A stretch of 64,000 bases of DNA from Balanoglossus misakiensis (taxonomy: Eukaryota; Animalia; Hemichordata). Under the pieces are notes generated by a model that was not told the origin of the DNA, did no database searches, and was given only the letters and a program-made list of their open reading frames with translations. Location of the stretch: NCBI GenBank assembly GCA_040954595.2, contig CM082597.2, forward strand, positions 6,597,849-6,661,848, written 5' to 3'. Every line of letters begins with the position of its first letter. Position 1 is the first letter of the stretch. Both the position numbers and the translations under genes were made by a program. Of the stretch, positions 63,709 to 64,000 are shown one piece after another.

Positions 63709-63816
63709 CTAAACGTGGAATCGTCCATCAGATTCAACAACTCCCACCATTGCACTGAAAACAGTCAGGTGATTACACAGACACAGGGTAGAATTGAAGT
63801 CGGATTTTGGTGACAC
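63709..63816 (-). CDS. Copy C: terminal GPS exon of a third paralogue (remainder beyond window)
   Basis: cag acceptor then VSPKSDFNSTLCLCNHL|TVFSAMVGVVESDGRFHV*; flanks homologous to copies A and B. Confidence 0.8.
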   Translation of the reverse strand: MSPKSDFNSTLCLCNHLTVFSAMVGVVESDGRFHV

Positions 63817-64000
63817 CTGCAAGATATCAAGCAGAAAAAAACGTGATGACAAAGCATTGGGCGTTTCTTTGCAAGTGAAACAAGATCAAACACCTGGTTC
63901 AAATCCCAGCGTTAATTTAAACAAGGAAAAGCGCCCCCACGTGAATCAGTACATTTTGTACGTTTACGGTATTTTCCATGTGTCAGTATTAATTCTAAGA

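Overview
This is AT-rich, intron-containing animal DNA; the gene content suggests a marine invertebrate deuterostome such as a hemichordate (inference). I reconstructed exons by hand from splice sites and frame continuity. (1) 263-11966 (+): the 3' portion of a BMPER/crossveinless-2 type gene (5 VWC, VWD with GDPH, C8, TIL). (2) 16483-41400 (+): a 28-exon, ~1920-aa GRL101-like LDLa/LRR rhodopsin-class GPCR. Its ectodomain is a mosaic (trefoil, F-type-lectin-like, EGF, Link, FA58C, PAN, CUB, C-type lectin, 7 LDLa, LRRNT, 4 LRR), and its cytoplasmic tail resembles a degenerate kinase C-lobe. (3) 44434-64000 (-): a ~10-kb tandem array of at least three paralogues, two complete with 13 exons and one partial. 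Each encodes a signal peptide, two C-type-lectin-like domains and a polycystin-1-like GAIN/GPS region, and stops 18-24 residues after the HL|T cleavage site with no transmembrane domain. The lectin exons are strongly diverged between copies while the GAIN exons and adjacent introns are nearly identical. Introns contain many non-autonomous DNA transposons, two LINE fragments and microsatellites. All domain calls come from motif recognition, not database searches.
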